Positions 1 through 14,610 of a stretch of 64,000 nt of DNA are shown here, in pieces. The position numbers and the translations under genes are program-made. Each line of letters opens with the position of its first letter. Within the stretch, counting starts at the first letter, position 1. A model generated the notes under the pieces. The model had not been told where the DNA came from. It saw only the letters and a list, made by a program, of their open reading frames with translations, and ran no database searches. Location of the stretch: positions 38,770,794 through 38,834,793 of the forward strand of contig NC_068981.1 of assembly GCF_001194135.2 (NCBI RefSeq), given 5' to 3'. This DNA is from Octopus bimaculoides (taxonomy: Eukaryota).

Positions 1-218
1 TTCCCTGTTTCTTTCCATCTTGAAAATTAAATGGTAACCTCATTAGTGCTAGTGGCATGTTAAAAAAGCTTCTTGTACACACTGTAAAGTGGTTGGTGTT
101 AGGAAAGGCATCCAGTCATAGAAACCATGCCAAAAGCTCAGGGCAGCTCTGCGACTCATTAAATTCTATCAAAGTGTCTGACCCATACCTGCATGGAAAA
201 CAGCCATTAAGTGATGAT

Positions 219-436
219 GAGAAGGAGGAGAGGGGAGGAGGAGGAGGAGGAGGACGATGACGATGGCAATGATGACAGCGATGACAATGGTTAAAACAAT
301 GACAATGATGATGATGGTGGTGGTGGTGGTGGTGGTGGTGGTGATGATGATAATGATGATGATGATGATAAGGATAAGGAGGAGGAGGAGGAGGAGGAGG
401 AGGAGGAGGAGGACAACGATAATGATGGAAATGATC
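219..436. repeat. Compound trinucleotide microsatellite (GGA/GAT/GGT), representative of dozens of (ATT)n, (CA)n, (TA)n, (CAT)n and (GA)n tracts
   Basis: Seen directly. These tracts explain the homopolymeric ORFs in the track; others include 17888-18102, 40430-40640 and 63300-63410. Confidence 0.95.
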
Positions 437-616
437 AAGTGATTTTTTGGGAGGTTTAACTATTTGAGAGAATATCAACTTTTGATGCTCAGGTTACATG
501 TATTTTATAACTTGATCAAATTTAACTCACATCTGGAATTCTTCATAAATCATGAACCAGGGAATGTTATTTTCATTGCTGTTTGTATTGCAAGCCATGT
601 CTGCTCTGTTATATAG

Positions 617-713
617 CATTGGATTTGTATAAAGTTTGTTCACCTCGCTTTATTTATGTCCTATTCTTACCTGCCTATTATAATCCCCTGGTTGTTATTT
701 GTTATTGCACACG
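617..713 (+). CDS. Candidate exon encoding a hydrophobic/TM-like segment (HWICIKFVHLALFMSYSYLPIIIPWLLFVIAH)
   Basis: CTCTGTTATATAG acceptor (alternative AG at 634), open frame, and CACG|GTATAT donor. Confidence 0.25.
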
Positions 714-1596
714 GTATATTTTAGGCATAATCAAAGTAAAAATGGTAAAACAAATATTAATTATCCTACCTGAGTGTCTGCATTGCATCAATATCTACCT
801 GATATTTTTTTCAAAACAAAATTTGTTCATCAGTTTGAAAATAACATGGAATTTGCTTTTAGCTTTCCTTTATAAAGTGTCAGTTTATCATCTATATTAT
901 CCTTCCTGTGTTACTAACAGAACCAATCAATAGGCTATGCTTCTCTTTTACAAATTTGTTAACTTAATACAATGCAAAATATCCCCTCCTCCTCCTCCTC
1001 CCTTTTCTCTCCTCTTCCTCCTCCACTCTTCCTACTATTTCCCTCACGCTTTGTCACTGTCATTGTTAATATTGTCGTCGTCATCATCGTCATCATCATC
1101 ACCATAATTAATATTATTGCAACGGGTTGATAGATTCATTAGGGTGTTGTACTTAGCAGCATTTCTTCCATCACTTTGCATTTTGAGTTCAAATTCCTTT
1201 CATCCTTTTGGGGTTGATGCAATTGACATAGGCCCTCCCTGAAAATCTGATGGCCTTGAGCCAAAAACCATTAACCATATTGTTGTTGTTATTATTATTA
1301 TTATTATTATCATTATTATTCATTTAACGTCTGCTTTCCATGCTAGCATAGGTTGGACGATTTGACTGGGGACTGGTGAACCAGCTGGCTACACCAGGCT
1401 CCAATCTGATCCAGCAGAGTTTCTACAGCTGGATGCCCTTCCTAATGCCAACCACTCCGAGAGTATAGTGGGTGCTTTTTACATGCCACCGGCAAGAGGG
1501 CCAGTCACACGGTACTAGCAACAGCCATGCTCAAATGGTGTTTTTTACGTGCCACCTGCACAGGAGTCAGTCCAGTATTATTATTATTATTATTAA

Positions 1597-1630
<34 letters not shown>

Positions 1631-1961
1631 GAGTGACAGAACAGTGCATGCCATCAAAGTCACACTGGGGTAAAATATACGAAGTTCAGTATACCCATCA
1701 TGACTACCCATCTGATAAGGGTACACCAGGCACATGCATCATAACCATATATTCGCATAATGGTGATCTCATATCAAGATAAAAAGTGTATGACCTTGCA
1801 GGTAGGACCCAGTTAGAATTTTCTTCAGGTCAAGTAGCCCATCAGATAAGATCAGAAGCCATGAGAGCCTCTGCCTAGTACTGCATCCATTATTATTATC
1901 ATTATTATTATGATTTTTACTCCATTGTCCCAAAATTTCAGGCCTTTTCCTTTAGAAAGGA

Positions 1962-2022
<61 letters not shown>

Positions 2023-2465
2023 CATGGCCACAAGCTGGTAGAATTGTTAGCATGCCAGGCAAAATGCTTAGCGGTGTTTCATTTACTGCTGCATTCTGTG
2101 TTCAAATTCTGCTGAGGTTGACCTTGCCATTTATCTTTTTGGGGTTTGATTAAATAAGTACCAGTTATGCACTGGGGTCGATGTTATTGACTTATCCCCT
2201 CCCCACAAATTTCAGGCCTTGTGTCTACAATATAAAGGATTATTATTATTATTAAGGCGACAAGCTAGCAGAATCATTAGCACACTGGGATAAATACCCA
2301 CTGATATTTTATCCGTTTGCACGTTCTGAGTTCAAATTCCACTGAGGTCAACTTTGTCTTTCATCCTTTTAGGACTGATAAATTAAGTAGCAGTAAAACA
2401 CTGGAATCGATGTAATCAACTAGTCCCCTCCCCAAAATTTCAGGCTTTGTGACTGTAGTAGAAGG
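2023..2465 (+). mobile_element. Two tandem copies of tRNA-derived SINE family A
   Basis: Head AAGGCG..AGCTGGCAGAATCGTTAGC with B-box-like GAGTTCAAATTC. The body recurs many times in the window, and copies are separated by (ATT)n tails. Confidence 0.8.
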
Positions 2466-2481
2466 ATTATTTTTATTATTA

Positions 2482-2540
<59 letters not shown>

Positions 2541-3098
2541 TATATTACCCTGTTGCCCAAAAATGTTAGGCTTTGTGCCTTTAGTAGAAAGGATTATCAT
2601 TATTATTATCATTATTATTATTATTCAGGAATGGAGTCAAGCACTTTATTCTTGAGTCAAGCCTTTATTGATATTTCTAAGTTCCACTCAAGAAGGAAGA
2701 TGAGAGTGAAGAGGGAAGTCCCTCCCCACATCTCAGTAAATTTATTGAAAGGTTGATGAATGTGGTAGAGATGGCGTGAGTGAGTGATCCTACTTTGAGC
2801 TTACACCTGCAAACTGGAGGAAACAAAATAGTAGAAGTTTGCCTCCATGAAGACCCTTCAGCAATCAATGGAACCTAAGGCTGGTGGGGTCCCTTGGTTA
2901 CCCCTGGGCAGTACTTCGCCGACTGGGAAATTTTGTAGTTATCGATTTTCATGTTAATTGTTTATGCTTCCTTATCATTTCCATGTATGTATGTAAATCC
3001 CGTTTCTCCTTTGTATTTGCATTGTCCTAAATACTGTTTTTTAGCCCTTGTGGCCAATAATGAAAGTACTATTATTGTTATGGCCTTGTGCCAAAGTT

Positions 3099-3136
<38 letters not shown>

Positions 3137-3950
3137 GTAAGAATGTTATATTTATCATGGAAACTACTATCACAGACGTAACATACAGATACACTAAATG
3201 TACACACAGGCATATGCACACACACACACATACACAGACTCTCTCACACACACACACACATTACAGAGACATGCACATGCCCATTTATACAAATACAATC
3301 ACAATTGAATGGTATATGGCGGAATAACTGATACATTGCCAACAATAATAAAACCACAAACCTTAATTCTATCTGCTGCTTTTATTTGTATCGTTTTGAT
3401 ACATTTCTTTTTTCTGTAACCAAATAAAAATAATACATCTTATCTGTAGAATCATGTAATTAAAGGATATCTCCATTTGATTTACCACTTTACATGAGTA
3501 ATTCAAGCCCCTATAGAGAAATGAACAAAAAACAAAAATGTTGCTAATTGTGATTATTTTAGAGTGGAGTGATTGAAGCAGCAGAGTTAGTAGAAGTCAT
3601 TGGTGCAAAAGTAGTTGCTGCTTTATAGTGTTGTATAAATGACATTGTAATGTTCATTCAGCTGGTTCAGATAATGATGTAGCACGATTGTTTTGTTAGT
3701 TATACAGAAGAGGTTTAGTGTTTCTGGTATTGAAGATGATGATGGCGATGATGATGAGGATGATGGTGGTGGTGACGTTGACGACAGCATCGATGATGAT
3801 GATGATGATGACAAAGCATATCATATTTAGCTGGTTGATATAGGGATGTCGTTAGAGAAGACGTAATTAGTATTACTGACAAAGATGCTCAATAATCCTT
3901 TCTCTCTTTTCTTGTTTTTATTTGAGTAACATCACTTAACATTTTTTTAG

Positions 3951-4057
3951 TCTCATTATGAGATTGTATGGCATGGAAAAGAGCATTGTGTTAATGAAAC
4001 TGAGGTTCAAGAAAACGATGGTGGTATGAAGTGGATAGATGGTGTAATGGATGCGAT
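3951..4057 (+). CDS. Candidate exon (SHYEIVWHGKEHCVNETEVQENDGGMKWIDGVMDA)
   Basis: TTTTTTTAG acceptor, open frame, and AT|GTGAGT donor. Confidence 0.3.
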
Positions 4058-7000
4058 GTGAGTGTAATGGCATCTCTGAATTGACAACAGATGCCTATGA
4101 AAAGCAGACAGAATTTGAAGATGGTATATCTATGAGATCATTAGGTGTTGAGCATAACTTGAGAACTCATAAATTGAAAGAGAATCAACCCAGTCTGCCT
4201 TATCTGTGCAGTTATTTTGGTAAAAGGACAGTTGTGGGTATTGTTGGGAACAATCTAAAAACGGTATTGTATACTTCTCACTAGTCTGGGACCATATCAT
4301 GTGGTCTGCTTTTCTGTATTTGGTTGAAAATGGTTTTGCATGGCATTGAACATATATTGCATTCAGTTTGCTGCACAATCTATTTTTATGAGCCTCTGAA
4401 ATGCTGTTGCCTCATGCAGAATATCATCTTGCTTGATGAATGGTAGATTTATGTATTAGAGAATCTATCGTAGTAAGTTGACTGACTGGGGGACGGGAAA
4501 GGAAATTGAATGTAGGTTTATTTATTAACCTGATGATTTTATGCTATGCATTGACTTGCTTAAGACATGACAATATAGCTAGAAATTTCAAAGTGGTTGT
4601 TGAGCACTTGGAGAAATATTCTATTCCTAAAGAAATATCCAGTTTTTAATTCTTGTATATGTTTGACATTATCCATTCAGCTTGCATGAACAATGTTATT
4701 TATTTGGTTTACTGACAAAGACAAATCCATTCTTATTGTTGATTTTAAGGTCATAGTATGTAATGTTGTTAATTTTCATCATCATCGTCATTATCATTCT
4801 CAGTTAACATCTGCCTTCCATGCTGGCATCAGTTAGATGGTTTGACAGGATCTGATAGGCTGCAGGACTGTGATGAACTCCAATATCTGCTTTGGCATGG
4901 TTTCTACAGCTTGCACTAGTAAGGTGATGCTTGCACTAGTAAGGTCACCCAATAACAAACGAAACAAGACCCTCTTGACTGAATGAAGTGCAGAATTGAG
5001 AGAGTTGGCTTTATGCCAAGTGATAAGAGGCTAAAATATGATCAATATACAGGAACAAGTGTTTTAATGCAGAGGAGATACATCACAATCTCAACTTGAA
5101 AGGGAGAAAAAAAATGGTGAGGATTGTACATAAGGTACAAGAAAGCGAATAGAAGAGAGAACTGGGACAGAGGTTCAGAAAGGGTGGATGGGTAATATTG
5201 TAAAAGTGTAAAAGGAGAGTGACACATGGTAAAAGCTGGGGGCTAGAGGCGTATGCAGTGAATGATGGACATGTATAGAAGTATGATCAGTGGTGAATAT
5301 CAGTTGTGAGGAAGGTGAAGGAAAAGAAGAGGGGGTCAGAGAGGGGGTAAAGAAGTTTCTTTGTCGTATTCTTTTAATTTAGGAGTAATGGCTATTGAGT
5401 TTTATTATGGTTATGTTATTTTTGTTGCAGTTGGAGTTATGATAGTGGTATTACATCATCTACTTATCATCTAAAAGAAGCTTTTAAATTTGTGTTATGA
5501 ATTCAATATTTAATAAAACTTTGATCACATTAGATCATAGTCCTATTAAACTTTGATCAAATGTTTGATTTGATCATTTGATTTGATTTTACACTTCTTT
5601 GATGATAATTTGATTTTACACTTGCTATCTTCTCTTCTTCTTTTTGTCATTATTTCATTGATTCATTGGTTTACTGTTACTGCAAATTCTCCACGTTAGC
5701 AAGAGGAACCAAGTTTCCATTTTTCAAGACAATCATATTTTCAATATCATCAAAATTCCCTTTAATAACTTCTAATTGTTAATGTTGATTCTTACCATGC
5801 TGTAAAATTAGTAAAAGATTGAAATATCCATTTGATTAAGACACCTTTAATATTAACAGTAAGGCAATTATTTCAACAAATTTAGGTTATGGGTTTCATT
5901 AAGTATTTGATTTTTTAATTGTTTATTTTTGTCATTAATAATTGCTATTATATATTGTCAAATCTGTCTGACAGACAGAACGACAGTATAGAGTGAGAGT
6001 GAGATGGTAGAGAATTGTGACTCAAACTGTCTATTTGTCTGTCTGTATGTCAGCATGTTTGTATGTATGTATGTATGTATGTATGTGTGTGTGTGTATGT
6101 GTGCATGCATGTGTGTGTATATGTGTGTATGCATGTGTATATGTTTGTATGTGTGTATCTCTCTATCTACATATGTACACATACACACATATATTTCTCA
6201 ATACAACCATTAAAGACATTAAGCTACTGCCTTTGGAAATCAAAAAGAAATATTCTTTTCAAAGGAGTTTGTTACAGCATGGGAAAAAACAGATGAATAT
6301 TTGTTCTTCAAATTTCTCTAAAAATACAAATAATATTCGTTTTTCTCCGTTAAATTTTAATGTGCTATTTTCTTGGCAATACTTCTAATGTGTTCACTCT
6401 CAATCAGTTGTATATGACTTTCAGTAGAGTTGGAGAGCCAAGTGACAAATATTTTTGCTGTTGAAATCCACGAGGATCTCACAGTCATCCCAATAATGAA
6501 AAATATTAAATTCACTAAAAATATTGTATATATTGGCATTGTTTGATTGTCAAAATTTCCTTTCTGTCGTTTGTTGTGTATAACATTGTATATAGATATA
6601 AAAACAATTAAAAACTAATGTGTCTTTTGATCTATTAAATGTTTATTTTATTTTAACATTGTTTTACCTTTTACTTAACTCTTTCTTGAATATACACCTA
6701 TATTTCAATGAAGCAAAATGCTATTCCAGGCATAAAACAACAGGTCATCCACTAATATATTTCATTAACAAATCAATAGCTAAGATTTAAAACGTGAAGT
6801 CATGGGGACTAATTTGAAATAGAAAAGAGAAACAGCCCCAGAGCCATGTTTTAATTAACACTTACGAAAGTCATGATTTAAATCAAATTTCTCTCAGATT
6901 TTTAACTACACACTTCATACAAACAGGAATCAGATAATAACATGCAGTGGTTTCCCATTCAAAGGATATGTACAAAAATTCTTTATTCTTAATAATAACT

Positions 7001-9612
7001 ATTTTTCTGGAAAGAACTGATAAAAAGTAGTTTGCAAATAAATAATTTTATGTGAAATAATTTATAACTGAGAACTTATTTTGAAAAATTATAAAATATA
7101 GCATATTGTAGAATTAAGTACTTGCAAAGGGGTTGTACAAATAAATGTTTAATATACAGCAAAAACCAAAACAGGAAAATTGCTCATTTATTGATATTAT
7201 CCTTTGTAGGAAATATCTAACATTGTAATCACAAAAGTATACTTCAGTAATATGGTGTTGCCTGAAATATTCCTTCTAAAATAACCTTCTATTAATTTCA
7301 AATATATTACTTCAGTTCAACACAAGAATATAAGAGTAAATAACATCCTTCATATTTATTGATTAAAATAGGGTTCATGTTTAAATTTTATTATATCTTT
7401 TACTTCAAATAGCAAAGACTGATTTAATGCTAATTAGTTGGTATTATTAAATATTGCCAGCTTTAATGACACAAATTCTCATGACATACAAATGACTTTT
7501 TATTGAATTTTAGCAAAACAAGATCTCAGTAAATGGAAACAAGTAAAGAAAATTACTTGACAATAATGTAATCACTGTAGAAAAGTTGAAGTTGAGCATC
7601 TTAAGACTAAGGGTGAAACTTTTGTATCATCCTTAATCAGTGTCATTATTATTAACAGAAACTCACTTTATAGTTATCTGAGCTACTTCTTGTGAAGGTC
7701 TTACTAATAAAGATTTAGGAAAAGAGGAGGAAATTTCTCAAGGAAACTCACTGTGCCTTTGCAATTATCTCATTCTCTATCCAGTGTAGCCCATGTACAC
7801 CTGAAGTTACATATTTATGTGTTTGTTCACTGATGTTTAGCAAGCTTCTGGTTGTAAGTGTATTTGGAGGAAATCATTGTGTCCCAGTCTCATTAAAGAC
7901 TCATAACTACTTAACATTAAAATTACCATAAGTATTGTCATTCTCATTATCATCATCTTTCTTGCCCTTGCCCCATCTATTTTTACGTCCATCATTGATA
8001 CTGACAAGTGTTTTTAAAACAATACCATGATAGAAGTGGGTTTCTATTTGACCCTGCAGTTGTAAGAACTTATTTTCCGAAATCGTCATTTAATTGTTAT
8101 CAGTCATTATTTCCCACTGTCACCTTTAAGCCATCTGGAAAAACTTTGACTACACTACAAAATTTAAATATCAATTTTATGTCCACTCCAGTAGAGTAGT
8201 CCTTTTCTCTTTCATATAATAACCAAAGTTGCTAATATGCAGTTATTTCCTTGGCTGTTATGTAGTCTATCTCACAATTTCTTGCTTTACATGCATCCAG
8301 TAAATATTAACCAGCTTTCTTGGGTCACTACAGGTTTCACACCACAGTCACACACATTTTCCCAGTACTAAGCATTATATAAGCTTATATATCCATTAAC
8401 CTACTGCATTTTACTATTTGTTAAATATTCTTTCACAGTAAAACAATTATAAACTACTGATGCATTAAGTGTTTCACTTCAGTGCTATTCTGTACTATAA
8501 AAATATATCAATAGATTTTTCTCTATTACTCTATGTCTCTATGTGTAGACTGATGTAAACACATTGGCTTCATATGCAATAGCTTCATAATCATCATTGC
8601 TATCATTATTTTCACATCCACTTTTTCTATGCTGGCATATGTTGCACAAAACTTCATGAGGCAAGATTCCACAGCTAGATACCTTCCCTGATGCCAACTT
8701 ATGTTTTTGAGTAAAGTACTTTGTTCTGTGTCAATATACATTGAATTGCTGAACTGCCACACTTTTTGTTTATGCAGGACATAAAAAAGGTTAATGCTAC
8801 CTAAGCAGTGTCACTCCATACACACAATCTACTCACACACATACATAAACAATATATATGTATATATGAATTGATGTATTGTAAATCTGGAAATATTTGT
8901 ATATATATACATATATATATTTAAGTCTTATATCACAGAAGTAGTTTTATAATGATTTTTTAGAAAACAATGTATGTATGCATGCACACATGCACGTGTA
9001 TGAATGTGTTTCTGTTTGCAAATATCATCCTTATATACGTGTGTGTGTGTGTGTGTGTGTGTGTGTTAATATGTGTATGTGCATCCTTATATACATATGT
9101 GTACATGTGTCATCATCACCATCATCATCATCATTCAATGTCAGCTCTCTATGCTGGCACAGGTCGGATTGTCTGACAGGAGCTGGCAAGCCAAAGAGCT
9201 GCAACAGGCATCAGTCATCTACTTTGGCATAGTTTCTATGGCTGAATGCTCTTCCTAATGCCAACCACTTTACAGATGTATTGGGTGCTTTTTACATAAC
9301 CCCAGCATGAGTGCTTTTTACCTAGTGCCGAGGTGATTTTACATGGCACTCCTTTTACATTCATTTTTCCATGTGCTAGATTAATATATTATCGAGGCAA
9401 GGTTTTACAGCCAAACACTCCTCCTGTTACTAACCTAAACCAGTCCTTTCAAGTAAGAGATCTCTTACTTAACACAACTGCAAAGATGTGAAGCTAGCAA
9501 AAATTTGTTGACTGCAAAAGTAACAATGGTGCTCATAGTGACTGTCATAGAATGCAAATGTCAACAAGCATGCAGACACAGATATACAAGCACACACACA
9601 CATGCACACACA

Positions 9613-9643
<31 letters not shown>

Positions 9644-9914
9644 TTTGGTTTTGTGGCATGGAGCAAAGCAGGCCTTACCACCCACTCAAAAAAACATGTA
9701 GTAAAATGGTCCATATGCACATGAGCAAACTGAGTCTTCAACTTGCTCCATTTGCTAAAAGGTTTGCAAGGCACCAGCAGGCCACAAGAGACACATTCAT
9801 GTCTATAGAACATGATTATCACTAATTTTACTGATCCATCATTTGTCATTCATGATGAGAGAATCCATCACACACACACACACACACGCACGCACGCACG
9901 CACGCATGCACGCA

Positions 9915-9965
<51 letters not shown>

Positions 9966-11782
9966 TAATGTTCGTTTTTATACTGTTATAATAAAAACAA
10001 TTTTACGTTAATTTTACATGATGGGTTATTCTATACTTTTGAAGAGTACAAATTTATTATTCTTATGCAATAATGTTGTTGAAAGTGACTTTGAAGTTTC
10101 AGCCAGCTATTATCACCATCATTTTAACATCCTCCTTTCCATGCTCATAAGGACTGAATGCAGTTTATTGATGTACATTTTCTACCCCCTGATTCTCCTC
10201 CTGCCATCAACCCTTGCCTGTTTCCACATTAATATTTCCCCTTGTCCCACTTGATTTTACAGAATACTGGAAATGAATGGCATTTATTTACAACAATCGC
10301 ATGATGTCAAGACAAGGAGATACAAAAATACACTACATGGTCATATATATATATACATACATACATACATATAAATACACACAGGCTTCTTCAGTTTCTG
10401 TCTTTCAAATCCTCTCCCAAGGCATTGGTCAGCCTGGAGCTTTAGTAGAAGGCACTTGCTTCACGTGCAGTGTGGTGGGACTGAACCAAAAACCATGTGG
10501 TTGGGAAACAATCTTTTTAATCTCATAATCAGCCTGTACCTAGCCCTGGTTGTGCATCTGTGTGATGAATATAGATGAATATTGATGAATATATGTTCAA
10601 TACATTGGATCTGAAAGTCATCATGGTATCTTCTTTTTAATTCATTTACATGCGCTTTAGGCTTTATTTTTGCTTTTTTTTTTCTGATAGATACACATGT
10701 ACATAAATTTGTATACAAATGTATTTTATACAAAATGAAGACCAGCTGCTTTGCCTGTTAACTTTGTTGCCTGCACACTCCTATAGATCTGTATAACACC
10801 TAGATAATATTGCCTATCAGACATACCCATAAATAATGACTTTGTTATTTTAGATAGACAGATGTTTTCACTAATCTCCCTGTGGCACGGTTACTGATTG
10901 GGTCACATAGTGAAGAGAAATTATATACTACTTTGATTGATGACTTGTCATACAACATATTGGTTACACATAGAATTCAATAGAATCAACTTCTCAATCT
11001 TTTTTTAGAGGAGAAAATACTCTTTAACTATACTCTCATTCCACTTCTTTTGCCTTTCACTGTTATTTTTATGCCTCTGTCGCATGCCCCCACCTCTCTC
11101 TCTTTGGCTCTGCCTCTGTGTCTCTCACTATCTCTCTATTACTCCATCATATCAGACATTTGCGATCTATTATATCAAATCATTGTCTAATGACTATTTT
11201 ATTTTATTCTAGATATTGCATAAAGTTATTTTTTGTATACTACTGCTGCATACATTAAAGAATGATTAATCATCTGATATATTGTTTTTAAAAGTCCATA
11301 TGTGCAAATACTATCTTAGTCAATATGTTAACTGGCATATTGCACTTTTGCCTTACTTCTTATCAGACAACCAAATACTAATCTTATTTTATTATGGGAG
11401 TTGGAAATTTAAGTACAAAAGTATCAACTCCAGTTATTGTATCATAGCATTTATTAGAACTTTAGATATTTGTTGATGTTATTGTTATTATTTACCCTTA
11501 GATCAACAATGGCTGACCATGACCAAACCTACTGATCAAAGGCTGTCCAACCATGACTTCCTTGCCATTGTAGGGATATGTAGGAGTTCATTATCTAATA
11601 TAGCCTCGTTTCATTTAAGTAGCAGGAAATCATTTGCAGGATATTTTGCTGTTATTTCTAGCTGGTCAGTCAGGCCACAGCAAAAATGATCCCTAACTTC
11701 CTTGTGTATGTTTATGAAGTTTATTTTAGAAAAGAATTTCTAAGTGTAAGCTACATCAGTTTTGGTTGAGAATTAATTTCAG

Positions 11783-11853
11783 TATGAGAAATCTATTTAG
11801 TTTGAAGGAGTGCTTTATGACTCTTATGTTAACTTGGTTATCTATATCAAACA
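11783..11853 (+). CDS. Candidate exon (MRNLFSLKECFMTLMLTWLSISN, or from 11801 FEGVLYDSYVNLVIYIK)
   Basis: Consensus donor ACA|GTAAGT, with two possible acceptors (AATTTCAG and TATTTAG). Confidence 0.25.
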
Positions 11854-11887
11854 GTAAGTCCCTTACCTGAACTAGCTGCTAAGAATA

Positions 11888-12207
11888 CAGTGGAACTTGT
11901 TTTATGAAACCCTCTTATCAAGACCAAATTGGTTTGTGAAAAATTTTTGGAATGTAAAATGTCTTCGGTGACAAATGGTGTCTTAAGTAATGAACATGCA
12001 AACCAACAACAAAAGTTGCTGATAATCTAGGAGTACCGGTGGGAGACCCTCAGTTGCTGTCCAGCTTTTACTCAGTACACATCCCAGCTTGAATTCACTA
12101 TGCCTTCTATTGAATTTCCTATGCAAAAAATAATTTTGGTTTACTAACATTTCAGATGCCAAACAGCCTTCAGGAATGAATTAAATTCATAAACCAAGGT
12201 TCCACTG
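11888..12207. mobile_element. Tc1/pogo(Tigger)-type MITE
   Basis: Termini CAGTGGAACTTG ... CAAGGTTCCACTG, with TA on both sides (11886-11887 and 12208-12209). Confidence 0.75.
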
Positions 12208-12748
12208 TATACGTCTCTCTGGAATTCAGTTAAAGAATTATAACTGAAACTTTCTTTATCATCACAATTTTAATTGGTTTGAAAGTTACGAATCACTGAA
12301 ACAAAACAGACAAGTAAGTTACACCAGATAAATTTGACACTCTATAAAACACTCATTATGGAAAGAAGTTTTATATTATAAATTTGGAGATTCAAACATT
12401 TGGCAACAACTCTAAGTTGAAACCTTAATCTGAATAAATTAACACTTTAGTTCCATCACATTTGGGCCCAATGTAGCAGATATAGGAGGTTTTACAACTT
12501 TTGATGAGACTTTAAAACTTAGTAGAAACTCATGTAAAATCACCAATGAAATATATACCAGGCACCATCTGTCTACACAATTTCAGAAGTCTAATGGAAA
12601 CAGATGAATATTATAGAATTTAATCTTATTACTTCGAGGTTGTGATTTTAAAATTATACTGGCTAAAGAAAATAAATCTTCATTTATATGAAATTCTTAT
12701 ACATATGGAATGGACCTGGTTGACCCTATAACCAACACATCACCACAA

Positions 12749-12798
<50 letters not shown>

Positions 12799-14229
12799 TT
12801 TACTCAAGCTTTCTTTCCCATTTCAGTGCATTTGGTCAAAGGACTTCTTCAGACATGCATGCATTGCATACACTCCACCTGTACTCCACCACTGGCTGTT
12901 TGGTATCAACCCCCATCCTTCATTCTTGCCTTCAGAGTGCACTCTGTTAAATTCGTAGTTAAGAGCGCCTTTTTATTCTTGACAATAACATGACAATCTC
13001 TATAGGGCTGGTGTCATAGAAAACAAAATACATCCAGTACACTCTGTAAAGTGGTTGGTGCTAGGAAGGGCATTCAGCTGTAGAAATCAAGCCACAAATG
13101 GAATTACGAGTGAGATACTGTCCTTTGAGCCATCTGGGAGATGATAATAACCCATTCATTTCATATTAAAAAAAAATTGTCGTAGAGTTTCTAGCATTTC
13201 TAGTGTTGTGATAAAAGAAGAAAATGGAAGACAAAAGTGTTTACATCCTCATTAGAAGGACGGAAAGTAACTGAGAGGAAACATTTCTGTTTTACTTGTT
13301 CTCCTTTTAGCTCAACTCTGAAGAAGGACTTTATCTGAAACATCAGAAACTCCACTCCCCACAGCACCAGCACTAAAAAGTTTGCTGTATCTTAAACAAA
13401 ATTAAAAGGTCCTCTCTATCCTAAGTTTTTATTTACCAACTACTGTATAGAAGGTACTGGATGCATTTTATGATGGCATTAGAACTAAAAGGAGTTGCCT
13501 TATCCCTTGCAAGTCTAAAGAGTCCTTTTCACATATATTCCATCAATTGAAAGCAATTGTAAAGGGGTGACTAGAAAACAGAGTGATGATCAAGAGTAAA
13601 CTAGAGTAAGAATGTGAAAGAAGAGAGTGTACAAGTATGAGTTTGATAAGGAGAAATATATTGATAAGAAAGGAATGGTGTTATTAATGGAAGAGTGACA
13701 GTAACAGATAATTATATGCTGATTATTGTTAAAGAGATTTGAATAGAAAAACAGCAAGAGTGGTGTAACAGAGAAAGTAACTTTTTTACTGGAGAGTAAA
13801 ACTTTCTGTTAGAAATGAAATTCATAAGAAACACAATGTCATTGAATGTACAAAAAGCCATTAGCTATTTTCGCATGGTTACTAATTTTTCTTATGCTTA
13901 ATTTCAACATGCTCATTCAAAATATAGCTTCTTTATCAATTTTTAATAAGATAGTTCTAAAAAGTACTTATATGTCATATCTCTCTTCAAGTAAAAGAAA
14001 AACTACACTGCCTTTAAGGCTGATAGCAGATCATTTTATACAATAGATTTCCTTTTAGTATGATTAACGGCAGCCACTGTTTTCCAGAGTGTGATACCAA
14101 ATTTTATAACTAGTAATAAACTAAGACGCATCTCTTGTTATTTTGATTTTGTTATCTTCAGAAGAAACATTACAGAGCATGACAACAATGTACAGTGATT
14201 TCTAAAATGTGTTAAGAATTATAGAGTTG

Positions 14230-14610
14230 ATGTGAATAATGATAAAGGTACGTATAGGAAACTTAGTATTGCATTCATTCAGAGGTTATCTAACTGCTAA
14301 AGACTCACCGATCCTCAACAATTGAAACCATTATTGAAACTTAAAGCTTCTTCAAACTCTAAGAGCTTGTCTAAGATTATTGGATTATTCATTAATTATG
14401 TGGGTGAATTCCAAGATATTCTGATATAAAGCAACATCTGCTCAACTTGTCTTCCTTCTCCTTTTCCATTGAATTATGGTTTTGGAAAAGCTGAAGAAAA
14501 TAATTGCCGGTTCTGAAGTACGTATCATAAATCCTAACTACTTGTTGGTAGTAGAGATTGATACATCTGATGTTGCTTTAGGAGCTACTCTTTCCCAAGT
14601 AGGATGACCC
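14230..14610 (+). mobile_element. Ty3/gypsy pol (RT connection/RNase H) relic
   Basis: SKSLSKIIGLFINY, and LVVEIDTSDVALGATLSQVG resembling TDASDxalGAvLsQ. Confidence 0.6.

Noticed and set aside
57-478. Overlapping ORFs rich in poly-His, Pro, Leu, Thr and Met, and similar YIYI, CVCV and HTHT ORFs throughout
   Set aside because: These are translations of microsatellites or N runs with no coding evidence.
3563-3627. SGVIEAAELVEVIGAKVVAAL resembles the C-terminal part of adenine phosphoribosyltransferase
   Set aside because: It is only about 20 residues and ends in a stop. There is no PRPP-binding motif or other APRT exon nearby, so it is most likely coincidence.
13315-13355. CTGAAGA-AGG..TCT-GAAACATC hammerhead-like motif on the + strand
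   Set aside because: Helix III is broken and stem I is only 2 bp, so it cannot be supported without a family consensus.
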